A stretch of 64,000 bases of DNA from Adineta vaga (taxonomy: Eukaryota > Animalia > Rotifera). This document shows, piece by piece, positions 16,431-28,976 of the stretch (position 1 is its first letter; the number at the start of each line of letters is the position of its first letter). A program made the translations under genes and the position numbers. The stretch is from positions 9,114,001-9,178,000 of the forward strand of contig CP075494.1 in NCBI GenBank assembly GCA_021613535.1. The letters are read 5' to 3'. The notes beneath the pieces are model-generated. The model saw only the letters and a program-made list of their open reading frames with translations, searched no databases and was not told the DNA's origin.

Positions 16431-17329
16431 ATGACAGCAATGCTTGTCGAACGCGCTTCACTGTATTCGTTACGATCTATAAAATTATTTACGTTTGGTT
16501 GTACATTAGCCGTTGTACTTATGACATTTCAATATGAACATAAATTACGACTATTTAATTCTCCTCGATTAATGCTTACCTTACCTGCCTTAAGTCTTAT
16601 ATCGATATGTGGTTTTGGTTCTGGTAATTATAAAAATAATTTTTTTTTTCTTTTTCTTGTTATACATTTTCATTTCATTTCTTTTTCTTTTCAGCATTAA
16701 TCAGTCTACTTTATCTAATGTTTATAACGACGATGGATCAAACATTCTTTTCTGAACATAATGATAATTTTATACGAAAATCTCAAGTCTGTAAATCGAT
16801 TGTAATATTTGTTGGAATCAATCATTTATGCGCTGTAAGTTCGATCTATTTCTTTAGATAAAAAAAAATTCGGATTCGTTTCTCTTTTTCGAATAGAAAA
16901 TTCCATTTCACAGTGATTTACATTTTACTGTAACATTAGCGTTTTTATGTATCGCATTTTGGTGGTGGTTTGATCGTACGAAGATTACTTTTCTTTTTGC
17001 TATTCTTGTGTCATTTATCTTAACAATGACTACAGAAATCTTATTGCGTGCTGGTGCATTTGAGTAAGTTGAATCTTTTCTCTCTTTAATTTTCATCGTA
17101 AATCATACTTTAGATATACATATTCGGATTTTTATTTGAAAACATGTGTACCTTGTTTAACATTTGCCGGTGCTATTCTCATAATTCAAATAACAAAGTT
17201 ATTATCTCAAGTAAATATTCTTTCTTCATCGAGAGATTTGCATGATTTGTTTTGTTTTCTTTCTAGCCTGATCAATCATCATCAACAATGGAAACGTCTG
17301 TTGAACAAGAACATGTAAAAAATGAATGA
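16431..17329 (+). CDS. INSIG: Insulin-induced gene protein (INSIG), 5 exons
   Basis: Spliced product contains FVGINHLCAKIPF, TLAFLCIAFWWWFDRT and YTYSDFYLKTCVPCLTFAG, matching the INSIG motifs FVGINHASAK, WWTFDRS and LPCIFFSGG. Ends HVKNE*. Confidence 0.88.
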
Positions 17330-18577
17330 GATTATTTTTGATTTTTATCCAGATAGAATTTATTTGCATATACATATATGAGTTTTTGTATAACATTGTT
17401 ATTAGTTCGTATATATTTGTTACTTTATTGTCGAACATTGAACGACAATATTTTTTTTATGATATATATATATATATATATTTCTCTCTCAAGTTTTTCT
17501 TCATTTATTTGTGCAATGTACTGATAAACTATAGATATGAAACAACTGGTTCTTTACAAAGCACAAATCAAGAATGTTGACATTGTTGAAGAATAGAAAA
17601 CATTTTTCTGATTTCGTTCATTGATTTTTATTGAAAACATGTTTGTTCAGATATTTCTGTGTTCTCGTTTTGCATAGTATGATTTATATGTAATGCATTC
17701 GAATAAGTAAATAATATGTTGTAATTTGATTGGAAGAATGATAGCATGACTGGAGATAGTGTTAGGAAAAGAAGAGAAGTTAATCAGTGCATTAGAACAA
17801 CAGATAGTCAAGTATTTATTCAAAATCAGAGTAGTAGTAGTAGTAGTAGTAGTCGATCTTCCAGGGATTATTCTTCTCTCTCTGTAGAGAGAAAAAAAAC
17901 GACGCGTCATGTGAAATGATATTTATAATCGAAGGATTGCAGTGTTAAAATACCATAAATCAGATTAGAAGAAGAATACTAATAAAAGTGATTGTTGAGT
18001 ATTTAATGTCTTCTATATGATAAGACATTTTTGTCGACGAAAGAGTTTCATCTGTGAGAACTTACTTGAATTAATTAAAATGAATAATCAGCAACTATGA
18101 AACGTAATTGAAATGTCAAATACTATTTAAATTTTTATTTAATTATTGACTGATAGAAGCATATTGCTTGATTTTATTCCAACGATTGTTGAATATAATA
18201 TTCATTTTAACTATCTGTTCATATAAAATGATTATTATACGGTTGATTATGTCCAATAAAAGATTTTCATTTTCTCGTCGTTCAATATTATCAATTGTAG
18301 GACACTCTTATCTCTTGTTCTTTTTTCTTCTCCTTCTTCTTCTTCTTCTCGTCTTAAACGAATTTAATATCTAACAGATTTTCTTCTTGTTTTTCTCGAC
18401 TTAGAATCCGTTGATATAATTATAGCCGTTCAAAAAACCTAATGAACTGAATCCATAACTTCATCGTTCGTTCGTTCAATATGGCCAAGGCCTTTTTTTT
18501 TCGCTCAAACATATAATAACAAAAAGTTAGCCGTACGATTATCTCAATGCAATGAATGTTCTCTTTTGTGCGATTAC

Positions 18578-18588
18578 TATATAAATAG
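18578..18588 (+). promoter_or_regulatory. Candidate TATA box followed by a GA repeat upstream of the Ig gene
   Basis: TATATAAATAG about 290 nt before the ATG, followed by (GA)n at about 18594-18611. Confidence 0.35.
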
Positions 18589-18869
18589 CGAATGAGAGAG
18601 AGAGAGAGAGACATACACACACAGAGACACAGAGTAGAGACGAAGAAAAAAATCTCCAGCTACTCCTACTATCATATAACGCTCAACGGCAACCGCAGGA
18701 AGCAACACATCCTATACAAGCTCATCTCATTCTCTATCTCTGTTGTTGTCTCAATTGTGTTTTATCGTTCCGACAATCAAGTACCCTGTCGTTCTCTATT
18801 TAAGTGAAAATATTCATTTTCAATTCGTTTTGTTAACAAACAACGAATAACAAAAACAAAATATATACA

Positions 18870-21800
18870 ATGTTATGGACACATTTTATTAGCTTGTTAT
18901 TCTTTATTAAAACGTCATCTCTTCAAGATATAAACGGTAAGACTAATATTCATACATTATCAAACGTAATCATGCATCAGATGATTGAAATTGAACATAT
19001 GCTTATCTAGAAAAGGAAGCATATTTATCATGACAAAAAATGACAACATAGATCATCAAAAATGTTTTTTTCAAATTCATACGTAGTATGATGATGTAAA
19101 CAATAGTTTGACTACACACACACGCACACACACATAGATTATAATAATGTTCAAATTCAGCTATAATTCGTATCAATTACATTTTTTTATGCATGTATAA
19201 TTAGAAAATGTGACATTGTCCAGCTGTAAAATCCCATAACTTTTTTGAGCATCATCACCTATTTATCGATCTACTTGTGGGCGGCCACCCACTTTAATAG
19301 TTGACAAGTTCTCTCTTGATTGTACTTACATCATATAGACATACACACACAGCATCTCTCAGATGGTGGTCAGAGTGTTGAATTATTCTGTTCGCTCTTA
19401 TATGATCTGTTTACCTTGGAGAGGAGAGTGATGAAAGATTATGTCATATGTTCATCATCATCATCATAAAAGATGTTAACGAAATCTTAACTAGTAGGAA
19501 TCAGAATGGCTCATCTGTCCGTAATTATCATGGACGTTGGTCAGAACAATAATGAACGATTTCTCAATTATATTTCCTAGTCGTTATGCAAATTTCAATT
19601 GAGCATATACATCATTTGCATTTGAACACATTAAGAAGTTCGTTCATTTGGGATGTGTATATAATATAAATTGAGAAAAGAAAAGAAAAGAAAAACGAAT
19701 TCAATAGAGAATAGAACATATCGTTTGTTCATTTGATTCTGTCTTTGCATCTTTGATGAGTTGCCTAATGTAGTTCGTATAAATCAAGGTTAACTGATTT
19801 CTTCTTCTTTAGGCAATAACAAGGATCATCTTTTCTTTTCTTTTCTCTTTTCTACTCTAGGCGAAAATCGAACAATAATTAGACCATTACAATCTAATGT
19901 TACAGTAACTAGTGGACAAAAAGCTAGATTAACATGTGTATTCGATCGCATAAATCATGATTTGTCTATTTTATCATCCCATCAATTAATATGGATTCGA
20001 CAAAGTCATGCATCATATGATGCTGATTTAATTCTTGCACATAATCAAGATTCTTTAATATCCGATGATCGTTTATCTATTCAACGTACTGATATTGATT
20101 ATTCATTAGTCATAACTAATGTAAATATTGCTGATGAGGGACCCTATGCTTGTGAAGTGAATACACAACCGCCACAAAAAGCTACGATTAGTTTATATGT
20201 TCAAGGTAAGAATTCTTTTATAAATGCGTATATGTGGGTGGATAATATAGACATATAGTTCAATATAACGCATCGATTAAATTGATCAACAAGAAAACCT
20301 AGTCGAACTTAGCCGAATTGTTTATATAAGGAGAAAGAAGAATGAGAATGCCAGACGAAATGAAACGAGAATGTTCTTTTATATTTATATTTATATATAT
20401 ATATATAACGAGTATGAAAAGAAAATCGGTATATGATGATGATCGGAAGTTCTGGCAGACAGCAACATACATCTATAGTAACAAAACTCAAGCAAAAGAA
20501 AATGTTTATTTGAATGAGTGATGATATTTTGTTGTCTATCGACATGCGTCTATGAAACAGAGACACATTCGAAATTGCTTTGTAGCGTACGTTTCATGTC
20601 AATAAGTTCTTTTGTTTGTTATCATTTATGCGTGGAAATTCTGCGTTTCTTTTGACACTTTAATAATAGATATGCACGATGGTGAGAAGTTCTTAGATCA
20701 ATTCGAATTTGCTAATGTAATTTGATTTATGTGTAAATTTCAGCGAAGAATATTGTCACAGAATTTGAATGATAATTAGTATTTTGTTTTCTAAATTGAC
20801 CTTGAATACTACTGGAGAAATGACGAGAAAAAAATATTATTAGTTTAAATCCAATATCTGAATAATTATTATTCAATCGTAGAAATCAACATATATGTAC
20901 ACCTGAACATAGATTACTGTTTTATATCATGGCGGAATAATTGATAGAGTGATCTGTTTGATTTCTGATTTCATCACGCATTATGATTAGTGAATATGAT
21001 AGATAGAAACGAGAAACAAAAAGCATATGTATTTTTATCAACTTATAGAATTGTTTTCTTGATTGTTCGTATTTGATTAACTCTTACATAAGTTTTCTTT
21101 TGTGAGTCATGTTGAAGTCGAGTATTCGAGTGCTTGCAATTATATCATCTAGAAAGGATTGAAATAGTCACGGTTGATTGATTCAAATGCTGAACAATGA
21201 AAGTATATACATATATCGTAGAATTGTACTTACTTCAATCATTGATGATGCATAGGATTGACTCGGAAGAATATCTGTCGGTTTCAAATCGAGCTAATGA
21301 TCGTTTCTTTTTGATTGCAACTGTATTTTTACCAATATTCGCTCAAATTGCTTATATTTTCGATGTTTTCTATTATCATTCGAACAGCAAAACAAATAGT
21401 GGATATGAAGGTTTACTTTCATCGATTCTTAGTGTTTTTGCTTATTTACAATACTGCGTACCAATTCAATCACGAATGATTCGTTTTTTCTATCATTTAT
21501 TTATATGGCTTTTAACTGAAATTGGTACATTAGGTCATTTAATATCTTATGCAAATCGAGATGATAAATTTCATGTTGTTCTTTATTCGATTTGGGGTAT
21601 AATTGATTCGATTTATTTCGGTTGTTTAATCTATTGTCGTGTATTTCCCAAAGTTCATCATTTACGTGTGCATATGGCAATTGAACAGCGACATTTGTTT
21701 CATTTCATCTCACGTTTAGAAATAATTCTTGCAATATTCATTCCCGTCTTTTTCGATACACGTCTAATAACTTTAACTAAAGATAATATTGCATTCTATA

Positions 21801-24800
21801 TTTTATTTGATTTTTTTGCTGAATATTATCATCGTTTTCAAGGATTGGCAATTAAAGCAACGCTTTATACATTTGTCATTACAGTTACAGCATCTGTAGC
21901 GACAGAATGGATTCATATTGCAAAACGTGAAATCAAATATGAAATTGCATCATTAATCTGTGAATTGACAGCAGCTTGTTTATGTTATTCATTGATTGTA
22001 ATGCAATTCTTTCCACAAAATTTCATTTCACGAAAACGACAAACAAAAAATAAACATCGACAAACAGTATCATCGATATTATCTCACCAGACATTTCATA
22101 GTCGACAGAGTAATGAAATAGTTTTAGAAAAGAATGTATGTTATTTCTGACTTAATAAACAATTATGTTTAATTTAGCAAGAAAACAAAGAAAAGTTATG
22201 CATAACAGATTACGATTCAAAGAACAAGCTTTTTCATGTATAGGACTTTCCTTTTACATCTGTAAAAAAATTTAGACAATCTGTTCAATTGACATTTTTC
22301 TCATTAACTTTCTAGACGTATAGGTATTACTTTTTTTTCTAAAGTATTAAACACCTTTCTATTGTTATGATCGTAATTAGTGTAAATATTCGATGCCCTA
22401 ATAAAATGTCATAAATTACTAAAAAAAAACTTAAACATTTTCATGAAAAATTATTAACAACTTTTGTTCGAGTTTTTTTTCAGCGAAAGTGTATTCTATC
22501 ACTTCTATGTTAATTGAGAATGTTATTTGAACATGACAAGTATTTTTTTTCAATCTCCGTAATCTAATGCGATTTGTACACAATCGTTGCATGTTATAAC
22601 AATGTATTGATTATATTACAATTGTTTTTATGTAGTTAATCAAAGTAAAAAATTCATTGAAATCACACGTTTTCTTCTAATATTGCATGAAGAACTTGAT
22701 ATTTATCGTGATATTCATCATTTAGGAAGTTTTTTGTCACATTAATTGTGTTACTATCTTCAAGGCTATCATGTTTTTTTCTCTCTAACTACATTTTTCA
22801 GTACTAAAGTGAACGTATAAGTATACATTATTGAATCTATAGTAGTCTATCACAGTGTATAGATACTCCCACAATATTTAAGAGATTTTTCTTCATTTCA
22901 AGTACTATCGCTTTTCATGAGAATGTCTGACTATTGGTAGTCATGATTCTCTGAAATAATTCTTTATTGAATGCCTGTCTAACAGCTCCTGGTTTCTTTC
23001 TTAATTATCACTATTTAATTTACATAGTTGATGTAATCAAGCTTGATAGAAGTAGTTAAATATCATACTGAAAGGATGGTAATGGCGTAAACGCGAGTCT
23101 AACAATTTCTGTTACTATTTATATTTATATGATATTAATTTATGTAATATCATTCAAGCAGATATTCCGACCCTCGAATAATTGATAAAGATTTTGTGTT
23201 GATGAATCAAGTCATTCAAACAAGCAGATGTTGTGTCTCATTTTACATTGATTTCATAACGAGATATTGAGGTACTATCGAAAATTTCATCAAAAGATTC
23301 GAATAAATATTGAAAAAAAAGTTTTTGATGATATATTGCAGCTGTTTATATATTGATAATTTCTCCAGAATATAAATCACATAAGGAACACTTTTTTTAA
23401 ATAGAAATACCAACAATTATTGATAATGGTACATCATCACCGCTTATTGTCAACGAACATGATAATATAACATTGGAATGTTATGCTCGAGGTCGACCTC
23501 AACCATATTTTTCATGGTTTCGATTGAGTGGAGATAAATCAGAACATATAGAAATTGGCAATCAAATTTTAGCAGTTCATACTGTTGGTCTATTTCCTAT
23601 AATCAATGTAAATCGTTATCAAAGTGGACATTATGAATGTCGAGCGTCGAATGGTGTTAGTGAACATATTGTTAGCAAAACGATTGAATTACGTGTTCTC
23701 TGTAAGTAGATATCGGTTTGAAAAATCTTTGTCATCAGTTTTTTCCGCATAATTTCTGATTTCATAGAGTCTTGATTGATGTATGAAACATATTTTGATG
23801 TAATAATTTGTTGGAAATGAATATGTATATATTTCTGGTTTGTTTTATTTATCAGCAGAAAATATTGCCTCAAACTTGGTGCCCTTCAACGAGCAAACAT
23901 AACCTCCTGTTTGATCGAATGACCCCCTCGATGATAATTATGATGTGAAGATTTGTTGTTATAACGTATAGAATAAGTTTTTATCCTAACGTGAATTCAC
24001 ATCATTTACAGATGTGCGTATATATAAGAAAAAGATGATGAACGATTGTTCTTGAGAGAAAAAGAAACGCCGACCATCGACCGGCAGTACGCAAGATTGC
24101 ATTTGACCTCAATCATGCTCATTAGCAGTGCCTACTAGCGAACAATAACAACCATGGAAAAGAAAGAAGAAAAAGAACTTGACCTATGTCTATCCACTGT
24201 ATTCAATAACAAAAGAACGTAACCGGAAATGATCGACGCGCCGTCGTTCAAGTTGACCGATGTGAATAACAAAAATAATGCTTCCTGAGAAAATCTCTCT
24301 ATTACGCAGAATATCATCTTTGATTCTTCTTGATAAGACTAAGTAAATAATTGATGTTTTCCTTTTTTTTTCAAAGAATAAAAAACGTAGTTTGCTATTG
24401 ATTAACATTGAGTAAATTTTAACTAAAGTGAAAGAACAAAGAAAGTGCTTGTAAAAAGCATAATTTAAACATCAGTACTTCACACACTATTTTCCTAAGC
24501 ACTCATCTAAGTAATGTTTTTCTTTCCGCTTTCTCAAGAAATAAGATAGATCAAAGTATTTCAATATTATCATGAAAATGTTCTTAGAAATTTTAGAGCA
24601 ATGACATTAAATATTCACAAATAGGTGGGTTCGTAATCATGCATTGAAATAAATCGATGCCGCCTAATATTAATATATGAATTATTACCTAACTTTTTAC
24701 ATAAAATATGATCAGATCAAAGAGACAGTATTCTCGGAAAATTTTTAAGATGAATCTTGGTCAATATAGAATGTCATGTCTTTTATGTTGACCTCCACAA

Positions 24801-27800
24801 CAGGAGAGTGTATCGAGACTCTATTTAGGAACGTTTACACAAATAGTATATAATCAAGTGTCGTGATTCTTTAAATACAATGATGTCCTTTAAGACAGTT
24901 TTTGTTTGTTCATATTGATTTTTCCCGTCTTCAGAGTTCATTTTTTTAAAATAACTTCGGTTCATATTACCACTTAATGTCAATTTACAACGAGAAAAAA
25001 GTGGAGAAAAGTAATGCGCGCAACGGAATAAAAAACGGAAAATAGAGAGAGAGAGAGGGAGAGGGAGTTGTTAAAAAAAATAAGAGAGAAAGATAGCTAT
25101 TGCACAGATTTTCTTTCTCTTCCTCTCCTCCGCGCGCTCTCTTCCTCTCTCTGGCTTTTGCTCTCGCTCTCTTCTCTCATCACTTCGCATTGTTGTGTTG
25201 TTGTTCATCTTCATCTCTCTCTCTCTATCTCTCTCCTGCTTGTGCTTGGTTATTTCTCGCTTAGTCAAAAACACAGATGATTACCAATAACACCTACGCA
25301 TCTACCATTGTTTACTGACGTCATCATCGCAATAGCTATCATCTATTTCAAATACAAGTCTTTCTCAGATTTCAAAGCACAATATATATATAGATTTGAT
25401 AACAGTGAAGTCCCAACGTCGAACGCATATACATTCACAAAATTATCATTGATTGAAATCTTTTTACACGTCTTTTTGACAAAGGCAAAAGAAAAATAAA
25501 CGCAATACAATGGCATCCTGGTTTATTACTTTGAATATTCTTCTGCTTATATCAACACCCTTTTTACAAGCTCGTTTTCGAATCAATTTAAAACGACGAT
25601 ATCCAATGTCAACAAAACCTTTCGTACCACCACCCCTTCCTATGGATGATAATTCATATCATGCTTCTGATGGCGACGATTCTTTGATAGAATCATCTTT
25701 AATAACAACAACAGCACGACCTAAAAATCGTGCTAGTGAAGAACAAGTTCAACAATTTACGCGTCTGATCTATGATCGTTTAAATTTGAAGGAACCACCT
25801 AATGTCACTGTGCATGCCCAGGATGGCACTGGCATTCCACCGTCAATTGTTAAACAACTTGAACAACATCATATGCATCATAAAGAAGAAGATAATTTAT
25901 CTTCACAACAAAAATATCGTGATGAAAATCAACCAACAACGGAACGCGCTATTCTACCTGGTGATTTTATTCCAAATCATGCATGTCAACGACAATTAGC
26001 AATCAAATTCAATTTGAATAAGGAAACAGCCACCAATATTGATTGTTTTCGCTTTACTAAATCACCTATGGAATCGAAAAGTTTACCAACAAATCAAATC
26101 ATTACACAATTACGTATATATGTCAAAAAGAATTATTTTCATTTTAACAATGAACTTAAACATATAACACCAGATATGTTTCGAATCTATCAAGTTTTTC
26201 GACCAACATCAAATGATACATCACCACATCCGTTTCGTTCTCTTACAGGTACAATACATTTATCGATCAGTCAAGTTAAACAATTAAATGACAAATGGTT
26301 TGAATTAACTATTGATCCAGATCATGAACAAATCAGTATCGAACAAATTTATAAACAATTTATTATGCCACTTTATGGTCTAGCAATCAATCATGAACTT
26401 CAACCATCATCATCATCATCGTCACCATTACGGTCATCTTATTATCGTCGATATTACACAAAAAAGAGCTTTGATGGTTTCTTTGGTTCCAATGAAAATG
26501 AAGATGATGGTAACGATTCTACACAACAATTACCATATATGCTGGTTGAATATGGTGAAATTGTACCCGGATCTGGAAATCGAGCTACACGCGGCATTAG
26601 AAAAGCACGTCCAGAAGCAACATGTGACCCGAAAAGTCCATGTTGTCGACGTTCACTTACAATTGATCTTGATCAAGGCAATAATGCATTGAATTTTGTC
26701 ATTTATCCAAGAAAAATCGATATTGGAGAATGTATTGGTGTATGTGGCACAAGCGGTTCATCACTTAAATTTATCGATGTTAAAAATGCCCAACAAAACA
26801 ATGAACAAAATGCAGCACATAATCTTCTTTTACTGCATCATAATGGTTTTCATCATTATAAAAATACAACAACGACACATGAACGTAAAGCCGATCAACA
26901 ATCATCTCATTGTTGTTCGTATTCACGCACAGGTGGCCTCGAACTTATGTATACAACTACAAATGGTGGACCTATTATACGTAAATATATACCAGGTATA
27001 ATTGTTGAAGAATGCAGATGTGGATTACCGGCTACAATTCAATAAGTCTAAAGACAGGCAGACTTTGTTCTAAAACAGTTCATTGTCGTCGTCGTCGTCG
27101 TCATCATTGTTGTCTTCATCTGCCTCTGTGATACACATCTCATTTAAAATAGACTGAAGTTCGAAGGGTAAGATTCACGGAAAGCTTAACAGAAAACTCG
27201 CTCTCTTTCTCTCTCTCTCTTGTTCTTCGTCGAACTCGGTGATTGAACTTTTCTTTTCATCTTGTGCCATTTTTTCCGTTATTATCATTTTGTTGTCTTT
27301 TGTGCGTGTATGTGTTAACATAACTTTTTCTTTTTCGTTTGTTTTTTTCAAAGCCTGATTTAGTGAACGAAGATATCCGTTCAAACATAGAATACAGATA
27401 TTCTGCTGGTCAGTTTGTTCTTCTTGACCATTTGAATTTCGATTTAGTAAGACGAACAGTTCTGTCGGCCAGCCGCTGTAAGCTTTTACTCGTTTAATGA
27501 ACTGTTGCGTATAGAATTCTCTGCTTACCATGCATAGTTAACGATAAATATTTGCTATTGTTAATCTTGCATCGATCTGATTCTATTCTCATCATCATCA
27601 TCATCATCTCTTCTTCTTTTTTCATGTTATTTGCACTTTATTGAACAAATTCCACAACGTTATATTTTGTCTCTTGATTTGTGTAACAAATAATAATATC
27701 GTTTTTTGTTCTCATTTTTCTTCTTCAAGTTTTCCTCTGCACGTACGCGTGTTTATGTAATTGTATGTGTTTGCATATATGTTGATGAAACATGACGATC

Positions 27801-28976
27801 GCCATCATCCGATGAGAAAAATAATTTGATATCTTATTAACTAATACAAGTCTTACTCAGCAAATATCGATCTTGATTATGACAATAAAAGAGAAAAACG
27901 TCGAAAAGTGAGAAAGAAACTCAACATTAGTATAATCATGTTCTTCAGATGACCTAGATAAAATAACCGGATAAAAGTGCGTGGTTAATTCAATAGAAGC
28001 ATTTATATCTGACGCTAGATTTAATTAAAGCAGATGTTATTATACATGTTTAAGTCTGAAATTTTGACACGAGATGTATATTTAGTTAAATGTTTTGAAA
28101 TTAAAAACGGATTAACCCAATGATGATTTAATGTGACGAACAAAAATGTTCTCAAAGAATAAAAGAAGCAAACCAAATCGAACTGTTCACCTTCAGTTAG
28201 AAGAAATTATTAATTTTTTTTCGTCAAAGTATTCTTTTTGAAGGTTATCGGGTAAACTATCTCATGTTTGTTTATCCTTGAGGATCTCCATTTACATAAG
28301 AATAACCTCGAACAAGAGTAGACTCGTTGTCTATGAAAATCTATGACCTTGCTATTGATAAAATTCTAGTTCCACCGTCAATTCGTGCTGAATCAACGTT
28401 AATCTTAGTACAATTGGTAAAACAGTTGAATTACGTTGTTCAGCTATCGTTCCATTTGATACGACAATCTATTGGAAACGTTTGGACAATTCAACTCTAT
28501 CAAAATCCGCTACGCAACAACAACAAACACATAATGACGTGACACAAACAAGTTTATATCTAACAGAACTTGAATTGCGTGATTTTGGATTTTATGCCTG
28601 TGTTGCAGAATCTCGAGCCGGACAAAATCATGCAAGTATTGAATTACGAGGTAATTGATTCATTTGTTGATTTGTTTAAAACAAAATTTTCTATTTTTTT
28701 ACAGAACATCATCGTTCATCGACGTCACAACTAAAAGAAACAATTGAAATAACAACATCACGTATGCAAATACTCAAACGGAATAAAGGTAAAGGATATT
28801 TTATTCATGCCAAACAATCAACAAAACACACACACACACATTTACTTATGATTTCTTTTGTTTCTTTTTTAGTTTCTGAGCAGACAACACTTCCTATTAA
28901 AGTTAATTGTGCAACATCATTATTCATCTCTTTATTTGACTTGTTTTGTATGATCTTAGTCTTTAATCTTACTTAG
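18870..28976 (+). CDS. Three-Ig-domain, probably GPI-anchored adhesion protein (IgLON/Lachesin/DIP-like); exons 18870-18936, 19861-20205, 23405-23701, 28370-28650, 28705-28788, 28873-28976; apparent 1-nt deletion near 28405
   Basis: Signal peptide MLWTHFISLLFFIKTSS; Ig motifs DEGPYACEV, CYARGRPQPYFSW...SGHYECRASNG and VELRC...YWKR...DFGFYACVAES; all phase-1 junctions; hydrophobic C-terminus after NCA. Confidence 0.85.
21197..22150 (+). CDS. Intronless multipass membrane protein of unknown family, nested in intron 2 of the Ig gene
   Basis: 317-aa ORF in very AT-rich DNA with about 7-9 hydrophobic segments and a basic cytosolic tail; AATAAA just after the stop. The true start may be a downstream Met (MMHRID). 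Confidence 0.8.
   Translation: MKVYTYIVELYLLQSLMMHRIDSEEYLSVSNRANDRFFLIATVFLPIFAQIAYIFDVFYYHSNSKTNSGYEGLLSSILSVFAYLQYCVPIQSRMIRFFYHLFIWLLTEIGTLGHLISYANRDDKFHVVLYSIWGIIDSIYFGCLIYCRVFPKVHHLRVHMAIEQRHLFHFISRLEIILAIFIPVFFDTRLITLTKDNIAFYILFDFFAEYYHRFQGLAIKATLYTFVITVTASVATEWIHIAKREIKYEIASLICELTAACLCYSLIVMQFFPQNFISRKRQTKNKHRQTVSSILSHQTFHSRQSNEIVLEKNVCYF
25510..27045 (+). CDS. Intronless TGF-beta superfamily ligand (9-Cys, activin/maverick-like), nested in intron 3 of the Ig gene
   Basis: Signal peptide, prodomain LNLKEPPNVT, RATR furin-type site, mature domain C..CC..CIGVC..CC..CRC. Confidence 0.93.
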   Translation: MASWFITLNILLLISTPFLQARFRINLKRRYPMSTKPFVPPPLPMDDNSYHASDGDDSLIESSLITTTARPKNRASEEQVQQFTRLIYDRLNLKEPPNVTVHAQDGTGIPPSIVKQLEQHHMHHKEEDNLSSQQKYRDENQPTTERAILPGDFIPNHACQRQLAIKFNLNKETATNIDCFRFTKSPMESKSLPTNQIITQLRIYVKKNYFHFNNELKHITPDMFRIYQVFRPTSNDTSPHPFRSLTGTIHLSISQVKQLNDKWFELTIDPDHEQISIEQIYKQFIMPLYGLAINHELQPSSSSSSPLRSSYYRRYYTKKSFDGFFGSNENEDDGNDSTQQLPYMLVEYGEIVPGSGNRATRGIRKARPEATCDPKSPCCRRSLTIDLDQGNNALNFVIYPRKIDIGECIGVCGTSGSSLKFIDVKNAQQNNEQNAAHNLLLLHHNGFHHYKNTTTTHERKADQQSSHCCSYSRTGGLELMYTTTNGGPIIRKYIPGIIVEECRCGLPATIQ

